Of a stretch of DNA of 44,517 bases, positions 35,023-44,263 are shown in pieces. The notes under the pieces were generated by a model. The model was not told the DNA's origin. It saw nothing but the letters and a program-made list of their open reading frames with translations, and made no database searches. Made by a program: the position numbers and the translations under genes. The DNA comes from an uncultured Rikenellaceae bacterium (lineage in GTDB: Bacteria > Bacteroidota > Bacteroidia > Bacteroidales > VadinHA17). The stretch is taken from contig CAZGUR010000003.1 in the NCBI GenBank assembly GCA_964529295.1, forward strand, positions 1 to 44,517, given 5' to 3'. Position 1 is the first letter of the stretch. Each line of letters starts with the position of its first letter.

Positions 35023-35961
35023 TTATCGGTATCTTGAATCATTATCAGAAAAGATATTGATATAGCTCCTGTACCTGAACAATTCTATCTCTCCCTCCTC
35101 AAGCTGCTTCTTAACCCCGCAACCGGGCTCATTAAAGTGCAGGCAGTTATAATATTTACATTCTTTCGATGCCCTGAATATCTCAGGAAACAGATGGTAT
35201 ATCTCTTCCTTGTCTATATCAATCAGGCCAAAGCCCTTAATTCCCGGTGTATCTATTATATAAGCCCCATCACTTAAAGCATGCATTTCAGCAAATGTTG
35301 TTGTATGCTTACCCATCCTGTGGTAATCCGAAACCTCAGCGGTTTTAATATGACATGAGGGCTCGACAATATTGATAAGGGTGGATTTTCCCACCCCGGA
35401 ATTGCCGATAAGCAGACTCACCCTGTTCTTTACCAGATCTGTTATCTTCTGCCTGTCCTTATCATTAAAAAGGGATACACTGAATGAGTCATACCCCGCT
35501 TTCCTGTACACCGATATCAGGTAGTCCCTTTTCTCAATATTCTCCTGTGAATATATATCATTTTTATTAAATACTATCTTCACGGGTACCTGGTAAGCTT
35601 CGGCCGTTACCAGTACCCGGTCAATGAATTCAGTATGGGTCTCCGGCTCAATAATGCTGGCAAGTAATATCAGCTGGTCTATATTGGCTGCTATGATCTG
35701 CGATTCACTCGAAAGCTTGGATGCTTTGCGAATAATATAATTATTCCTTTCTTCGATATCCGTAATAACACCTGTGCCATCACTGTCTGATAACTCGAAA
35801 TATACATAATCACCGACAGCAACGGGATTGGTCGTACGGATACCCTTAACCCGGAACTTACCTTTTATCATACAATCAATGATATGCCCGTTCTCATCAG
35901 ACACCTTATACCTGCTGCCTGTTGATTTTATTACCAGGCCCTTTTTCAGTTCTTTATCCAT
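35023..35961 (-). CDS. rsgA: Ribosome small-subunit-dependent GTPase A
   Basis: OB-fold N-terminus, circularly permuted GTPase (FNKNDI ... GNSGVGKSTLIN ... DTPG) and a C-terminal Zn motif CKYYNCLHFNEPGC. Confidence 0.9.
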   Translation of the reverse strand: MDKELKKGLVIKSTGSRYKVSDENGHIIDCMIKGKFRVKGIRTTNPVAVGDYVYFELSDSDGTGVITDIEERNNYIIRKASKLSSESQIIAANIDQLILLASIIEPETHTEFIDRVLVTAEAYQVPVKIVFNKNDIYSQENIEKRDYLISVYRKAGYDSFSVSLFNDKDRQKITDLVKNRVSLLIGNSGVGKSTLINIVEPSCHIKTAEVSDYHRMGKHTTTFAEMHALSDGAYIIDTPGIKGFGLIDIDKEEIYHLFPEIFRASKECKYYNCLHFNEPGCGVKKQLEEGEIELFRYRSYINIFSDNDSRYR

Positions 35962-35979
35962 CCATGCAAATAATACATA

Positions 35980-37656
35980 TTACTTAAAAAGAGGCGGGTG
36001 CTGTTCATCAAAGCCCGTAGCTTCCTGGTATTTACTGGCTGCAAGCAATATACTGGCCTCATCAAAGAGTCCGCCTATAAAACTTATACTGGTAGGGCTG
36101 TCATCTTCATTAAAGCCGTTTGGCACAACAACACAGGGATGGCCTGTAAGATTGGTAACAAGCAACTGCTTACCCCTGAAGCTGGGACTGATAATAACAT
36201 CATAATCCTTCATCAGCTGCTCCATCTGCTCCATCAGCACTGTACGGTGACGGTTAGCCTGTATATATTCAACGGCCGGTATAAAGCGCCCGGCCCTGAA
36301 AGTGTTGGGCCAGCTCCCGTCACCCTGAGAGGTAAGCAGCGTATCCAGCCTGCTTCGTGTAAGCTCATCAAAAGCTGCTGCCGCCTCGGCATATAATATT
36401 ATACGCTGGCTGTTAACTGGCACCCCTTCAAACTCCATCTTTACCGGGACAAGATCCACTCCCATCCTGTTGAATACCGTCAGTACCTCCAGGTCGTTTT
36501 CCTGGTTGGCATAATCACCCTTAAAAGCATCTTCAAGGTAGCCTATTTTAAGCTTTCTAATGTCGTCATTGAAATTATAATTAAAAGGCCTGTCAATAAC
36601 TGTACGGTCAATGCCATCCGATCCCCTTATAAAATCAAAGACCATGGCACAATCATCTGCTGAACGGCATATGGGACCTATCTTGTCCATACTCCAGCTG
36701 AGTGCCATTGCCCCTGCACGGCTTACCCTGCCGAATGTTGGTCTCAGTCCGCTCACACCGCAACGCGTCGATGGTGACACTATTGACCCGAGAGTCTCGG
36801 TACCAATACTGAAAGCTACCAGTCCCGCCGATGTGGCAGATGCTGAACCGGCCGATGATCCGCTTGATCCCTGTTCAGGTTTCCACGGGTTACGCGATAC
36901 ACCACCAAACCACACATCACCCATTGCCAGGGCACCCATGGAAAGCTTAGCCACTAGTACGGCCCCTGCCTCCTCGAGTTTCTTAACCACGGTCGCTGTA
37001 TTATCTAACACCTGGTTCTCATATGGCTTAGCCCCCCAGGTTGTCGTATATCCCTCAACAGCCAGCAAGTCCTTTACACCGTAAGGTATGCCATGCAGGG
37101 GTCCCCGGTAATTACCCTGTGCTATCTCCCTGTCGGCCCGCTCAGCCTGTTCAAGGGCCAGGTTCTCTGTCAGGCTTACCACGCAGTATAATGAATCGCC
37201 ATACTTCTTAAGCCTGTCAAGATATATCTTTGTAAGCTCCACTGAAGTCAGCTCCCCGTTCCTGATAAGCTGTGATAATTCCGTCACCGTCATAAAAGCA
37301 ATCTCCTCATCACTGTCCGGACGCTTAATTGTGCTTACGGGTACCGGATTGGAATAATCCTGTCCCCGTGGCTCATACTCATTTACCAATGGCCTGAACA
37401 GCAGGGCAGGAGCTATGCTGTTATCAAGGCTGTAATTACGCATCCCCTGGTAAAAAGCCAGGTTGCGTTTAAGAAAACCCTGCATCTGCCTGTGTTCGGC
37501 CGTGTCAAAATCAAGGCCAATAAGATTTTCCGCATTTATTATCAGTGAATCGTTAAAATCAGCGCTTTCACGCTGATGCTCCTGTTCAGATCTGTCACAT
37601 GAGAAGAATAATACCGATAATATAACGGTCATTATCAGTAAGAAAATATTTTTCAT
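35980..37656 (-). CDS. Amidase-signature family amidase, lipoprotein
   Basis: The ATG at 37656 gives MKNIFLLIMTVILSVLFFSC (lipobox). Amidase signature: GSSGSSAGSASATSAGLVAFSIGTETLGSIVSPS, with catalytic Lys context GIPYGVKD. Confidence 0.85.
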   Translation of the reverse strand: MKNIFLLIMTVILSVLFFSCDRSEQEHQRESADFNDSLIINAENLIGLDFDTAEHRQMQGFLKRNLAFYQGMRNYSLDNSIAPALLFRPLVNEYEPRGQDYSNPVPVSTIKRPDSDEEIAFMTVTELSQLIRNGELTSVELTKIYLDRLKKYGDSLYCVVSLTENLALEQAERADREIAQGNYRGPLHGIPYGVKDLLAVEGYTTTWGAKPYENQVLDNTATVVKKLEEAGAVLVAKLSMGALAMGDVWFGGVSRNPWKPEQGSSGSSAGSASATSAGLVAFSIGTETLGSIVSPSTRCGVSGLRPTFGRVSRAGAMALSWSMDKIGPICRSADDCAMVFDFIRGSDGIDRTVIDRPFNYNFNDDIRKLKIGYLEDAFKGDYANQENDLEVLTVFNRMGVDLVPVKMEFEGVPVNSQRIILYAEAAAAFDELTRSRLDTLLTSQGDGSWPNTFRAGRFIPAVEYIQANRHRTVLMEQMEQLMKDYDVIISPSFRGKQLLVTNLTGHPCVVVPNGFNEDDSPTSISFIGGLFDEASILLAASKYQEATGFDEQHPPLFK

Positions 37657-37776
37657 AGGATCAGAGTTTTTTGTATAATAATGTGCAAAATACAAAAAAG
37701 TAGCAGAATAATTTAACAGTGCACAGAAGCAAGCACACTCAAATCACACTGATATTGCCAGGATATAAATGTATTA

Positions 37777-38982
37777 TTAACTTTCAGAGGCCATAAGGAA
37801 GAAGGGCTTCATCTCAAAGCTGTGATAATAAGGTCTCAGGCGATCCGTATTATAATATTCCTTCACATTGACAAGCTTCTTCTCCTTAACAACCACATCA
37901 ATAGGTACATTATCATACCTCCCGTTCTTAAGGACAACCAGCCGGCCGTGTATGCCTTTTAATATCAGGTCGAGTGCAAGATTACCGTAGGCCATCGGAA
38001 CAATTGAGTCAAGAGCATCCGGATCTCCGCCCCTTACCATATAACCCAGTTTCTGATTGATCACGTTAACCGTCCTGCCCCTGTTGAACTTTGCCGACCG
38101 GTTTTTCAGCTCGTTTGAGACAAGGTCGCCTATGCCGCCCAGCTTGGCGTGACCATAAGCATCTTTTTCAGCATTGGAAAAAATCATCTCACCTCCCTCG
38201 AACATGGAGCCTTCACTGACAAGCACAACGGCATACTTGCTGGGGTTAGCATTCCTGTCTTCCACAAGCAACTCGGTGAGGTGATCAATCTTAAACTTAT
38301 ATTCCGGTATAACACAGCGGTTAGCCGAGCCTGCCATGGCAGGCAGCATGGCTGTAAATCCCGCATAACGGCCAAACACCTCCAGCACCATAAGCCTTTC
38401 ATGAGATCCGGCTGAAGTTCTGAGGCTGTTGGTCATCTGTATGGTACGTGTTATGCAGGTACTGAAACCAATGCAATAATCCGTTCCGGGTACGTCATTA
38501 TCCATGGTCTTGGGTATACCCACAACGCTAACTCCCTTCTTATAAAGGTGAACGGCATAACTCAGGGTATCATCGCCGCCTATGGGTATAAGGTAATCAA
38601 TACCCAGCCAGTTAAGGTTCTTAATAACCTCAGGTGTAAGGTCATTTACTTCCTCACTATATGTCTCTTTCAAATGCTCAGGCAGATCGGTCTTTGCAAC
38701 ATGGCTGGGCCTTGTTCGTGATGTATGCAGAAAAGTGCCGCCGGTGCGGCCCGCCTTGTTGACTATATCATCCGTTAGCAGCTGGTAGCAATCACTGTTA
38801 TCAGCTTTATTATCCCTTCTGAGCTCAATTATACCGGCCCAGCCCCTGCGCAGGCCTATTACCTTATACCCTTCACGGTTTGCCCTGATAGTAACAGCCC
38901 TTATGGCCGGATTCAATCCAGGTACGTCTCCTCCGCCTGTAAGAATGGCGATTACTCCTTTTTGCGCTTTTTTATTAGCCAT
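37777..38982 (-). CDS. pfp: 6-phosphofructokinase, sequence signature of the PPi-dependent type
   Basis: GGGDVPGLNPAIR, PIGGDDTL (Asp at the position that is Gly in ATP-PFKs), PKTMDND (Lys at the position that is Gly in ATP-PFKs), MGY-type motif GYMVRGG. Confidence 0.85.
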   Translation of the reverse strand: MANKKAQKGVIAILTGGGDVPGLNPAIRAVTIRANREGYKVIGLRRGWAGIIELRRDNKADNSDCYQLLTDDIVNKAGRTGGTFLHTSRTRPSHVAKTDLPEHLKETYSEEVNDLTPEVIKNLNWLGIDYLIPIGGDDTLSYAVHLYKKGVSVVGIPKTMDNDVPGTDYCIGFSTCITRTIQMTNSLRTSAGSHERLMVLEVFGRYAGFTAMLPAMAGSANRCVIPEYKFKIDHLTELLVEDRNANPSKYAVVLVSEGSMFEGGEMIFSNAEKDAYGHAKLGGIGDLVSNELKNRSAKFNRGRTVNVINQKLGYMVRGGDPDALDSIVPMAYGNLALDLILKGIHGRLVVLKNGRYDNVPIDVVVKEKKLVNVKEYYNTDRLRPYYHSFEMKPFFLMASES

Positions 38983-39171
38983 ATTTTCCTGATGATTATT
39001 GTTTAATTACCCTTTTCTGCAACAGCCGGTAAAAATAAGATATTTGTATTTACCGGCAAAATTTTAAAAGCCTCAAAGATAAATTGATGATTTCAGGATA
39101 TTATTGTTTATTTGCCTGCTCTTTGTTTTTAAATTATCATCCCTTAAAAAACCACCAAAATTGTAAATATC

Positions 39172-39663
39172 ATGGACAGCAAACAGAAAATCCTTATTGT
39201 ATACCAGACAAGGTACGGTACCACATCCAAGGCCACTGACTATCTCGCATCCCGGCTTAAGAATGCTGAAATAACGGTTATTAACCTGAAAAAGGAAAAG
39301 ATGCCAGAGCTTTCATCCTTTGATACAATCATTATTGGAGGATCAATAAGGGCGGGAATGATACAGCCGGGCATTAAAAAATTCATCAAAAAAAACCTTG
39401 ATATATTGCTGTCAGTGCCAGCAGGTCTGTACCTTTGTTGTATGGCAGAAGATGATCAGAGGAACAAGCAATTCAATGACTCATTCCCGGAACAGCTGAG
39501 AGAACATGCAGCAGCCACAGGCTTTTTCGGGGGTGAATTTAATTTTGACCGCCTCAATTTCGTGGAAAAGAAGATTATCAGTAAGGCTTCAGGCGTTGAG
39601 GAGTCGGTATCAAAAATAGACTACACCGCCATCGATAAATTTGCAGAACAAATAATGAACTGA
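39172..39663 (+). CDS. Flavodoxin-domain protein, HemG-like
   Basis: KILIVYQTRYGTTSKATDYLASRL and IIIGGSIRAGM... are collinear with the long-chain flavodoxin-like HemG family. The function is not established from sequence. Confidence 0.7.
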   Translation: MDSKQKILIVYQTRYGTTSKATDYLASRLKNAEITVINLKKEKMPELSSFDTIIIGGSIRAGMIQPGIKKFIKKNLDILLSVPAGLYLCCMAEDDQRNKQFNDSFPEQLREHAAATGFFGGEFNFDRLNFVEKKIISKASGVEESVSKIDYTAIDKFAEQIMN

Positions 39664-39715
39664 GCATCGCCATCAAGAAAAGAAAACTCTGAACCTTTCA
39701 AAAACATTCTGTATT

Positions 39716-40648
39716 ATGCCGGATAAGAAACAAACAACAGTATTGCTAACGGGAGGAACCGGACTGGTGGGCAGCACACTTATTCCCATGCTTTCTGAGG
39801 CCGGATTCGGTATAAGGGTATTATCGCGCAGCAGGGCAGACCTCAGAAATGCAGAAACATACCTGTGGGATATAAAGCGGGGTACCATTGAAGAGGGTGC
39901 GGTAGAGGGTGTCGATCATATTATACACCTGGCAGGTGAAAGTATCGGTTCAGGACGATGGACCAGCTCAAGGAAAAAGGCAATAACCGAGAGCCGTATC
40001 CTTTCTGCAAGGTTGCTGTTTGATACCATAGAGAAAAGGAACCCGGGACTGAGCTCCTTCACCAGTGCCTCTGCAACAGGCTACTACGGTGCAATCACCT
40101 CGGATAAGGTTTTACGTGAAACAGATCCGCCGGGCAGTGATTTTGCAGCGCAGGTTTGTGTTAAGTGGGAGGAGGCGGCCGGACTCTTCCGCTCAGGCGG
40201 CTACCGGACAAGTATTATACGGACCGGCATTGCTCTGTCAGACCGCGGAGGCATGCTGACAAGGGTGCTGCCAACAATAAAAATGGGCTTTTCGCCCCTA
40301 AGCGGCAACGGTAAACATTACCTTCCATGGATTCATATCAATGACCTCTGCGGTATATACCTGAAGGTGTTGCAGGATAAAAGTATCGATGGTGTTTATA
40401 ACGCGGTATCACCACAGCCAGTGAGGTACCGTGATTTTATCAAAACCCTGGCAAAGGTAAAAAACAATATAGTGCTGATGCCCCCCACACCGGACTTCCC
40501 CTGGAAGATACTGTTCGGAGAAAAATCATCCATACTGCTTGAAGGAAGCAGGGTTTCAGCAGATAAGATAATGAAAGCATCCTATGAGTTTCAGTACCCC
40601 GGACTCAAAGAGGCCCTTAAAGATCTTGTCAGCAGGGATAAAAAGTAA
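39716..40648 (+). CDS. SDR-family epimerase, YfcH/TIGR01777-like (NAD-binding domain + DUF1731-type C-terminus)
   Basis: VLLTGGTGLVGS Rossmann motif, ~300 aa, C-terminal ...GSRVSADKIMKASYEFQYPGLKEAL typical of the YfcH family. Confidence 0.8.
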   Translation: MPDKKQTTVLLTGGTGLVGSTLIPMLSEAGFGIRVLSRSRADLRNAETYLWDIKRGTIEEGAVEGVDHIIHLAGESIGSGRWTSSRKKAITESRILSARLLFDTIEKRNPGLSSFTSASATGYYGAITSDKVLRETDPPGSDFAAQVCVKWEEAAGLFRSGGYRTSIIRTGIALSDRGGMLTRVLPTIKMGFSPLSGNGKHYLPWIHINDLCGIYLKVLQDKSIDGVYNAVSPQPVRYRDFIKTLAKVKNNIVLMPPTPDFPWKILFGEKSSILLEGSRVSADKIMKASYEFQYPGLKEALKDLVSRDKK

Positions 40649-40729
40649 TCCGACGGGAACTTTAACAGAGTAACAGGATGGTGGTCATGACAATCTTATC
40701 AGCAAGGATAAAAGCTAATAAGTACCCGC

Positions 40730-41086
40730 TTATATCCTTTTACCACCCTGTTTGTATTGCAGTACATTAACTTTTTCTGTCACAACAAGGCAACCGTAAG
40801 GCATTGATTCGAGGAGAGTCCTGATACTCTCATAAAACGACATTATTTTCTCCTCCCTGTCAATAATCTCAATAACAACAGGCAGCTTCTCAGTAAGCTC
40901 CCAGAACTTATAGGAATGGATAACCGAGGATGCACCATAGCCCAGCACTCCTTTAAGTACGGTGGCACCGGCCAGTCCCGATTCCTTCGCCTTAAACACT
41001 ATCGACTCATATATAAGTTCACTGTCGTACTTATCAGTAGAGCTAAGGAATATACGAAGCAATAATGTATCAGAATTGTTTTCCAT
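40730..41086 (-). CDS. DUF190-family (PII-like) protein co-transcribed with crcB
   Basis: ~118 aa, LLRIFLSSTDKY...GLAGATVLKGVLGYG. This family is characteristically adjacent to fluoride channels. Confidence 0.75.
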   Translation of the reverse strand: MENNSDTLLLRIFLSSTDKYDSELIYESIVFKAKESGLAGATVLKGVLGYGASSVIHSYKFWELTEKLPVVIEIIDREEKIMSFYESIRTLLESMPYGCLVVTEKVNVLQYKQGGKRI

Positions 41087-41088
41087 GA

Positions 41089-41466
41089 TTATATGAGTTT
41101 AATAATGGCACGACCAAAAAACACGGCCAGTATACCGAAGAAAAAGCTGAAACCGGTATAGCCGGCAAAACGTAAAACCTCACGGCTCTGCAGCATGATA
41201 AAAGCATCATTGGAGAAGGATGAGAAGGTGGTGAAACCACCTATTAATCCAACAGTGAGAAAGATACGCCATTCAGGCGATAAAAAACTACCTTTTTCAG
41301 ATATACCATAAACTATGCCGATAAGTAAACATCCCAGTATATTGACAAGCAATGTAGCCCAGGGGAAGACCGTATCATATGTAAACTGGAAATATCTCGA
41401 AACAAGAAAGCGTAGTGCAGATCCGATAAAACCACCCGTACCAGCAATAAGAATTAACTTCACCAT
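41089..41466 (-). CDS. crcB: Fluoride ion channel CrcB/FluC
   Basis: 125 aa, 4 TMs, GGFIGSALR and GLIGGFTTFSSF motifs. Preceded by a fluoride riboswitch. Confidence 0.9.
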   Translation of the reverse strand: MVKLILIAGTGGFIGSALRFLVSRYFQFTYDTVFPWATLLVNILGCLLIGIVYGISEKGSFLSPEWRIFLTVGLIGGFTTFSSFSNDAFIMLQSREVLRFAGYTGFSFFFGILAVFFGRAIIKLI

Positions 41467-41490
41467 AGAATATAAATATATAGTTACTTA

Positions 41491-41548
41491 TGGTAGAAGT
41501 CATCAGCCCTTCAATCGCCGGGCGGTTAATGGCAGACCTCATTGCCAC
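41491..41548 (-). promoter_or_regulatory. Fluoride riboswitch (crcB RNA motif)
   Basis: Minus strand: GUGGCAAUGAGGUCUGCCAUUAACCGCCCGGCGAUUGAAGGGCUGAUGACUUCUACCA. P1 is UGGCA/UGCCA and P3 is GCCC/GGGC. GAGGUC can pair with GACUUC as a pseudoknot. The conserved AAC.GCC and GCUGAUGA..UCUAC blocks match the known consensus (e.g. the Thermotoga petrophila aptamer). Confidence 0.85.
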
Positions 41549-41551
41549 GGG

Positions 41552-41559
41552 CAAAGGTA
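41552..41559 (-). promoter_or_regulatory. Candidate -7 box (TAnnTTTG) driving the riboswitch-crcB transcript
   Basis: Plus-strand CAAAGGTA equals minus-strand TACCTTTG, immediately upstream of the aptamer. Confidence 0.35.
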
Positions 41560-41664
41560 GAAAAAATCCTCTTTAAAAATGCTCCTACGAATTTATTAAT
41601 AACAGAAACCAAAGATCCACTCTTTATGCCCAAAGCTATTGAGTGCCGCAGCTCCTGCGTCTTT

Positions 41665-44097
41665 CTATTCCTCCCGTGCAGCCATTTCCATAACCATCTG
41701 CTGGAGGAGGGTGATCTGTGCTTTAAGGTCTGAAATATCTTTTTGCTGATTTACGATTTGCGACTGTTGTTCTTTTACAGCTTGCAATAATACGGGAGTC
41801 AATTGTGTATAATTAATATTTTTATATCCTTCATCATTTTCAAAGACAAGCTCAGGAAATACAGTCTCCAGCTCCTGGGCAATCATTCCTATTTGCTTCC
41901 CGTCTGGAATAACGAGATTTTCCCTGGCAATTTCATTCCAGTCGAAATAGTAACCACTTATCGAAGACAGCTTATCGAGTACATCATTAATGCAAACAAT
42001 ATTTGTTTTCAGCCTCTTATCCGAAACCTGGCCTGAACTTCCAGTATATTCAAGATTACCATTAATTCTGACCTTTTTTGTACCTGCTCCGTAATAACCA
42101 TAAATAAGACTGGAAGTATAAGTTGTGCCACCTGTGCTGCCATCAATGAATAAGCGGTCAGAGCCTGTATCATCAAAACCTGCCTTTGCCCCTATTTTTA
42201 TGGTTCTATGACGTATTGGTTTTACTGATCCCGACCATTGGGGACCAATAATAATATTATAATCGCCTTCTGTCTGCCAGAGTCCTGCATTAGTACCAAT
42301 ATATACATTATTAAAACCTTCTGTATTATTTACACCAGCCCCATTCCCCACGAATACATTACCGTATCCTTGAGTATTTTCCATACCTGCCCCGTTTCCA
42401 ATAAAACAATTGGATGATCCGCTGGTATTATTTAATCCGGCGTTCAGTCCAATAAAATTATTATAACTACCGTTTTCGTTTAAATTGCCAGTATAGCTTC
42501 CCAGGAATGTATTATGTTCTCCTGAATTATTTTCTCCGCTTAAATAGCCAAGAAATGTGTTATATTTGCCGGCATTCGAATTTTGCGGTGTTACATACAT
42601 AAAATCTTCATTCAAATCGCTTTTTGTCCTGTCAAACCCGCCAATTGCAAAGCCTCCCTTTGGCCCCTTGCTGGCTTCATTATTTATATTAAACCGGATA
42701 CTGTCCGGTGTAATTCTCATGAAATCGTAAGTTTCGCCTGCTTTGGTAGGATCAAAGCCGCCAATTGCAAATCCTCCCTTGGGCCCTTTTTTCAGAGGAT
42801 CATCCTCTACCAGTATTTGTACCCCGTTATTATAAACTGCGAAGACAGGGGTTCCCTCGCTGTTCTTTACTTCAAAGAGAGGGTCTTCGTCAGACCAGGT
42901 TGGCTCTCCCTGGACCTGAACTTTACTCGTTGGAGTGGATGTTCCAATTCCAACCTTTCCTGTACCATCTATTCTCATGCGATGTGCCTGTTCTGTATAA
43001 AAATCAATTGGTCCGGCATTGGCTGTAACAAGTTGCAAGGAACCAAGACCCATATGATGGATCTTTGAGTTAGCATTAACTCCTGTATTATTTCTTATTA
43101 TCCTCAGTGAATAATCTGGATTTTCATCGTCACCATGAAAATCAATAAAAGCATACCTGTTTCCGCTTCCATATGCATTTATTTCAATATTTGGAGTTCC
43201 GGTTTGAATAGAACCTCTGATTAGGGCATTACCATTAACGTCAAGCATCTCTCTCGGATCAGTTGTTCCTATCCCCAGGTTTCCATTTGCCAGCATAGTC
43301 ATTTTATGATTGCCATAGCTGCTCCACTGAAACAGCGGACGGTTTACTATTTCAGCTTCCTCGCGGCGTGCATCAAATGTAATAAGGGGATAACCCGCCA
43401 GATCATCGAGCGCATCCGTTGTATTGGCCGTAAAAAACAGGCCTTGCCGGTGATCAGTTCCATTAAAGCCTACAATTGCAGGCATAAATTTTCCATCTGA
43501 TAAGGTTCCGTTTCGTATTCTCAGATAACTGTTTGGATCGTCACTTACACTAGCGGTGAGTATGTTCTCAGGTGTATCAGGAATTGCCGTCGCCGTAATG
43601 TCCAGTGAGGATGAAGGGTTACTGTTGCCTATTCCTACACTACCATCAGTATAATAAATATTGCTACCTGACTGCTTCCACAGTGAATCACCAAGGGTTT
43701 TGTCTGCAGTGCCCGCATGCAGGGCATAGGGGACGGAGGCAAGATCCTTTGTTTCAACAATGGTATAGTTGGTGCCACCAGTGGGGTCGCATTCAACCTT
43801 GAGCTGATATTCATATGAATGCCAATCCAGTTCTGCAAAAGAAACAGGATCCACTTCACCAATTCTTACATTTACCAGACCATAATCATTTGTTGTTACT
43901 AAATGAACTTCTTCAAAATCAGTCATGCCTTTTGTTGGGATAACTATTGAGAATCTGAACCTTACTTCGGTACTGACAACAGGAGAAGAATCTGTGTTCC
44001 GTACCACCGCCTGGTAATTAAGTTTCTGTGGGCTTTGAGCAAAAGTTACCTGCACCGCCACAAGAGCGATGAGAAAAAGGGAAATTAAAGTTCTCAT
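41665..44097 (-). CDS. Secreted tail-fibre-like protein with C-terminal Peptidase_S74 intramolecular-chaperone domain
   Basis: Signal peptide MRTLISLFLIALVAVQVTFAQ. The central region has about seven 14-residue N(T/N)F(L/I/V)G..(A/S)G..N..G repeats. The C-terminus SDKRLKTNI...IGMIAQELETVFPELV...INYTQLTPVLLQAVKEQ plus a coiled coil is the S74 pattern. Confidence 0.85.
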   Translation of the reverse strand: MRTLISLFLIALVAVQVTFAQSPQKLNYQAVVRNTDSSPVVSTEVRFRFSIVIPTKGMTDFEEVHLVTTNDYGLVNVRIGEVDPVSFAELDWHSYEYQLKVECDPTGGTNYTIVETKDLASVPYALHAGTADKTLGDSLWKQSGSNIYYTDGSVGIGNSNPSSSLDITATAIPDTPENILTASVSDDPNSYLRIRNGTLSDGKFMPAIVGFNGTDHRQGLFFTANTTDALDDLAGYPLITFDARREEAEIVNRPLFQWSSYGNHKMTMLANGNLGIGTTDPREMLDVNGNALIRGSIQTGTPNIEINAYGSGNRYAFIDFHGDDENPDYSLRIIRNNTGVNANSKIHHMGLGSLQLVTANAGPIDFYTEQAHRMRIDGTGKVGIGTSTPTSKVQVQGEPTWSDEDPLFEVKNSEGTPVFAVYNNGVQILVEDDPLKKGPKGGFAIGGFDPTKAGETYDFMRITPDSIRFNINNEASKGPKGGFAIGGFDRTKSDLNEDFMYVTPQNSNAGKYNTFLGYLSGENNSGEHNTFLGSYTGNLNENGSYNNFIGLNAGLNNTSGSSNCFIGNGAGMENTQGYGNVFVGNGAGVNNTEGFNNVYIGTNAGLWQTEGDYNIIIGPQWSGSVKPIRHRTIKIGAKAGFDDTGSDRLFIDGSTGGTTYTSSLIYGYYGAGTKKVRINGNLEYTGSSGQVSDKRLKTNIVCINDVLDKLSSISGYYFDWNEIARENLVIPDGKQIGMIAQELETVFPELVFENDEGYKNINYTQLTPVLLQAVKEQQSQIVNQQKDISDLKAQITLLQQMVMEMAAREE

Positions 44098-44263
44098 GAT
44101 GATTGATTTTAGGGTATAGTCTGGAAAACCGTATACAATTTATGAAATTTCAGCATAATGAAAGCCTTCGGACAGTAATTATTTGATCAACAACACGATC
44201 TATGTGACAATGCAGCTAAAAAAGCTGATTAAGTTCGCAAGTTCGATAGTCAATGTTATATAT

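Noticed and set aside
35998-37084. Plus-strand ORFs of 132 aa and 157 aa inside the amidase gene
   Set aside because: They are antisense to a frame carrying the amidase signature. Their composition is Pro/Ser/Ala-rich, typical of the reverse frame.
37667-37699. Perfect 10-bp inverted repeat TTTTTTGTAT...ATACAAAAAA between PFK and the amidase
   Set aside because: The stem is almost pure A/T, so thermodynamically weak. It may assist termination of pfp, but it cannot be called as a terminator from sequence.
42583-43068. 161-aa and 87-aa plus-strand ORFs within the fibre gene
   Set aside because: They are antisense shadow ORFs of a gene with strong domain evidence and have no independent support.
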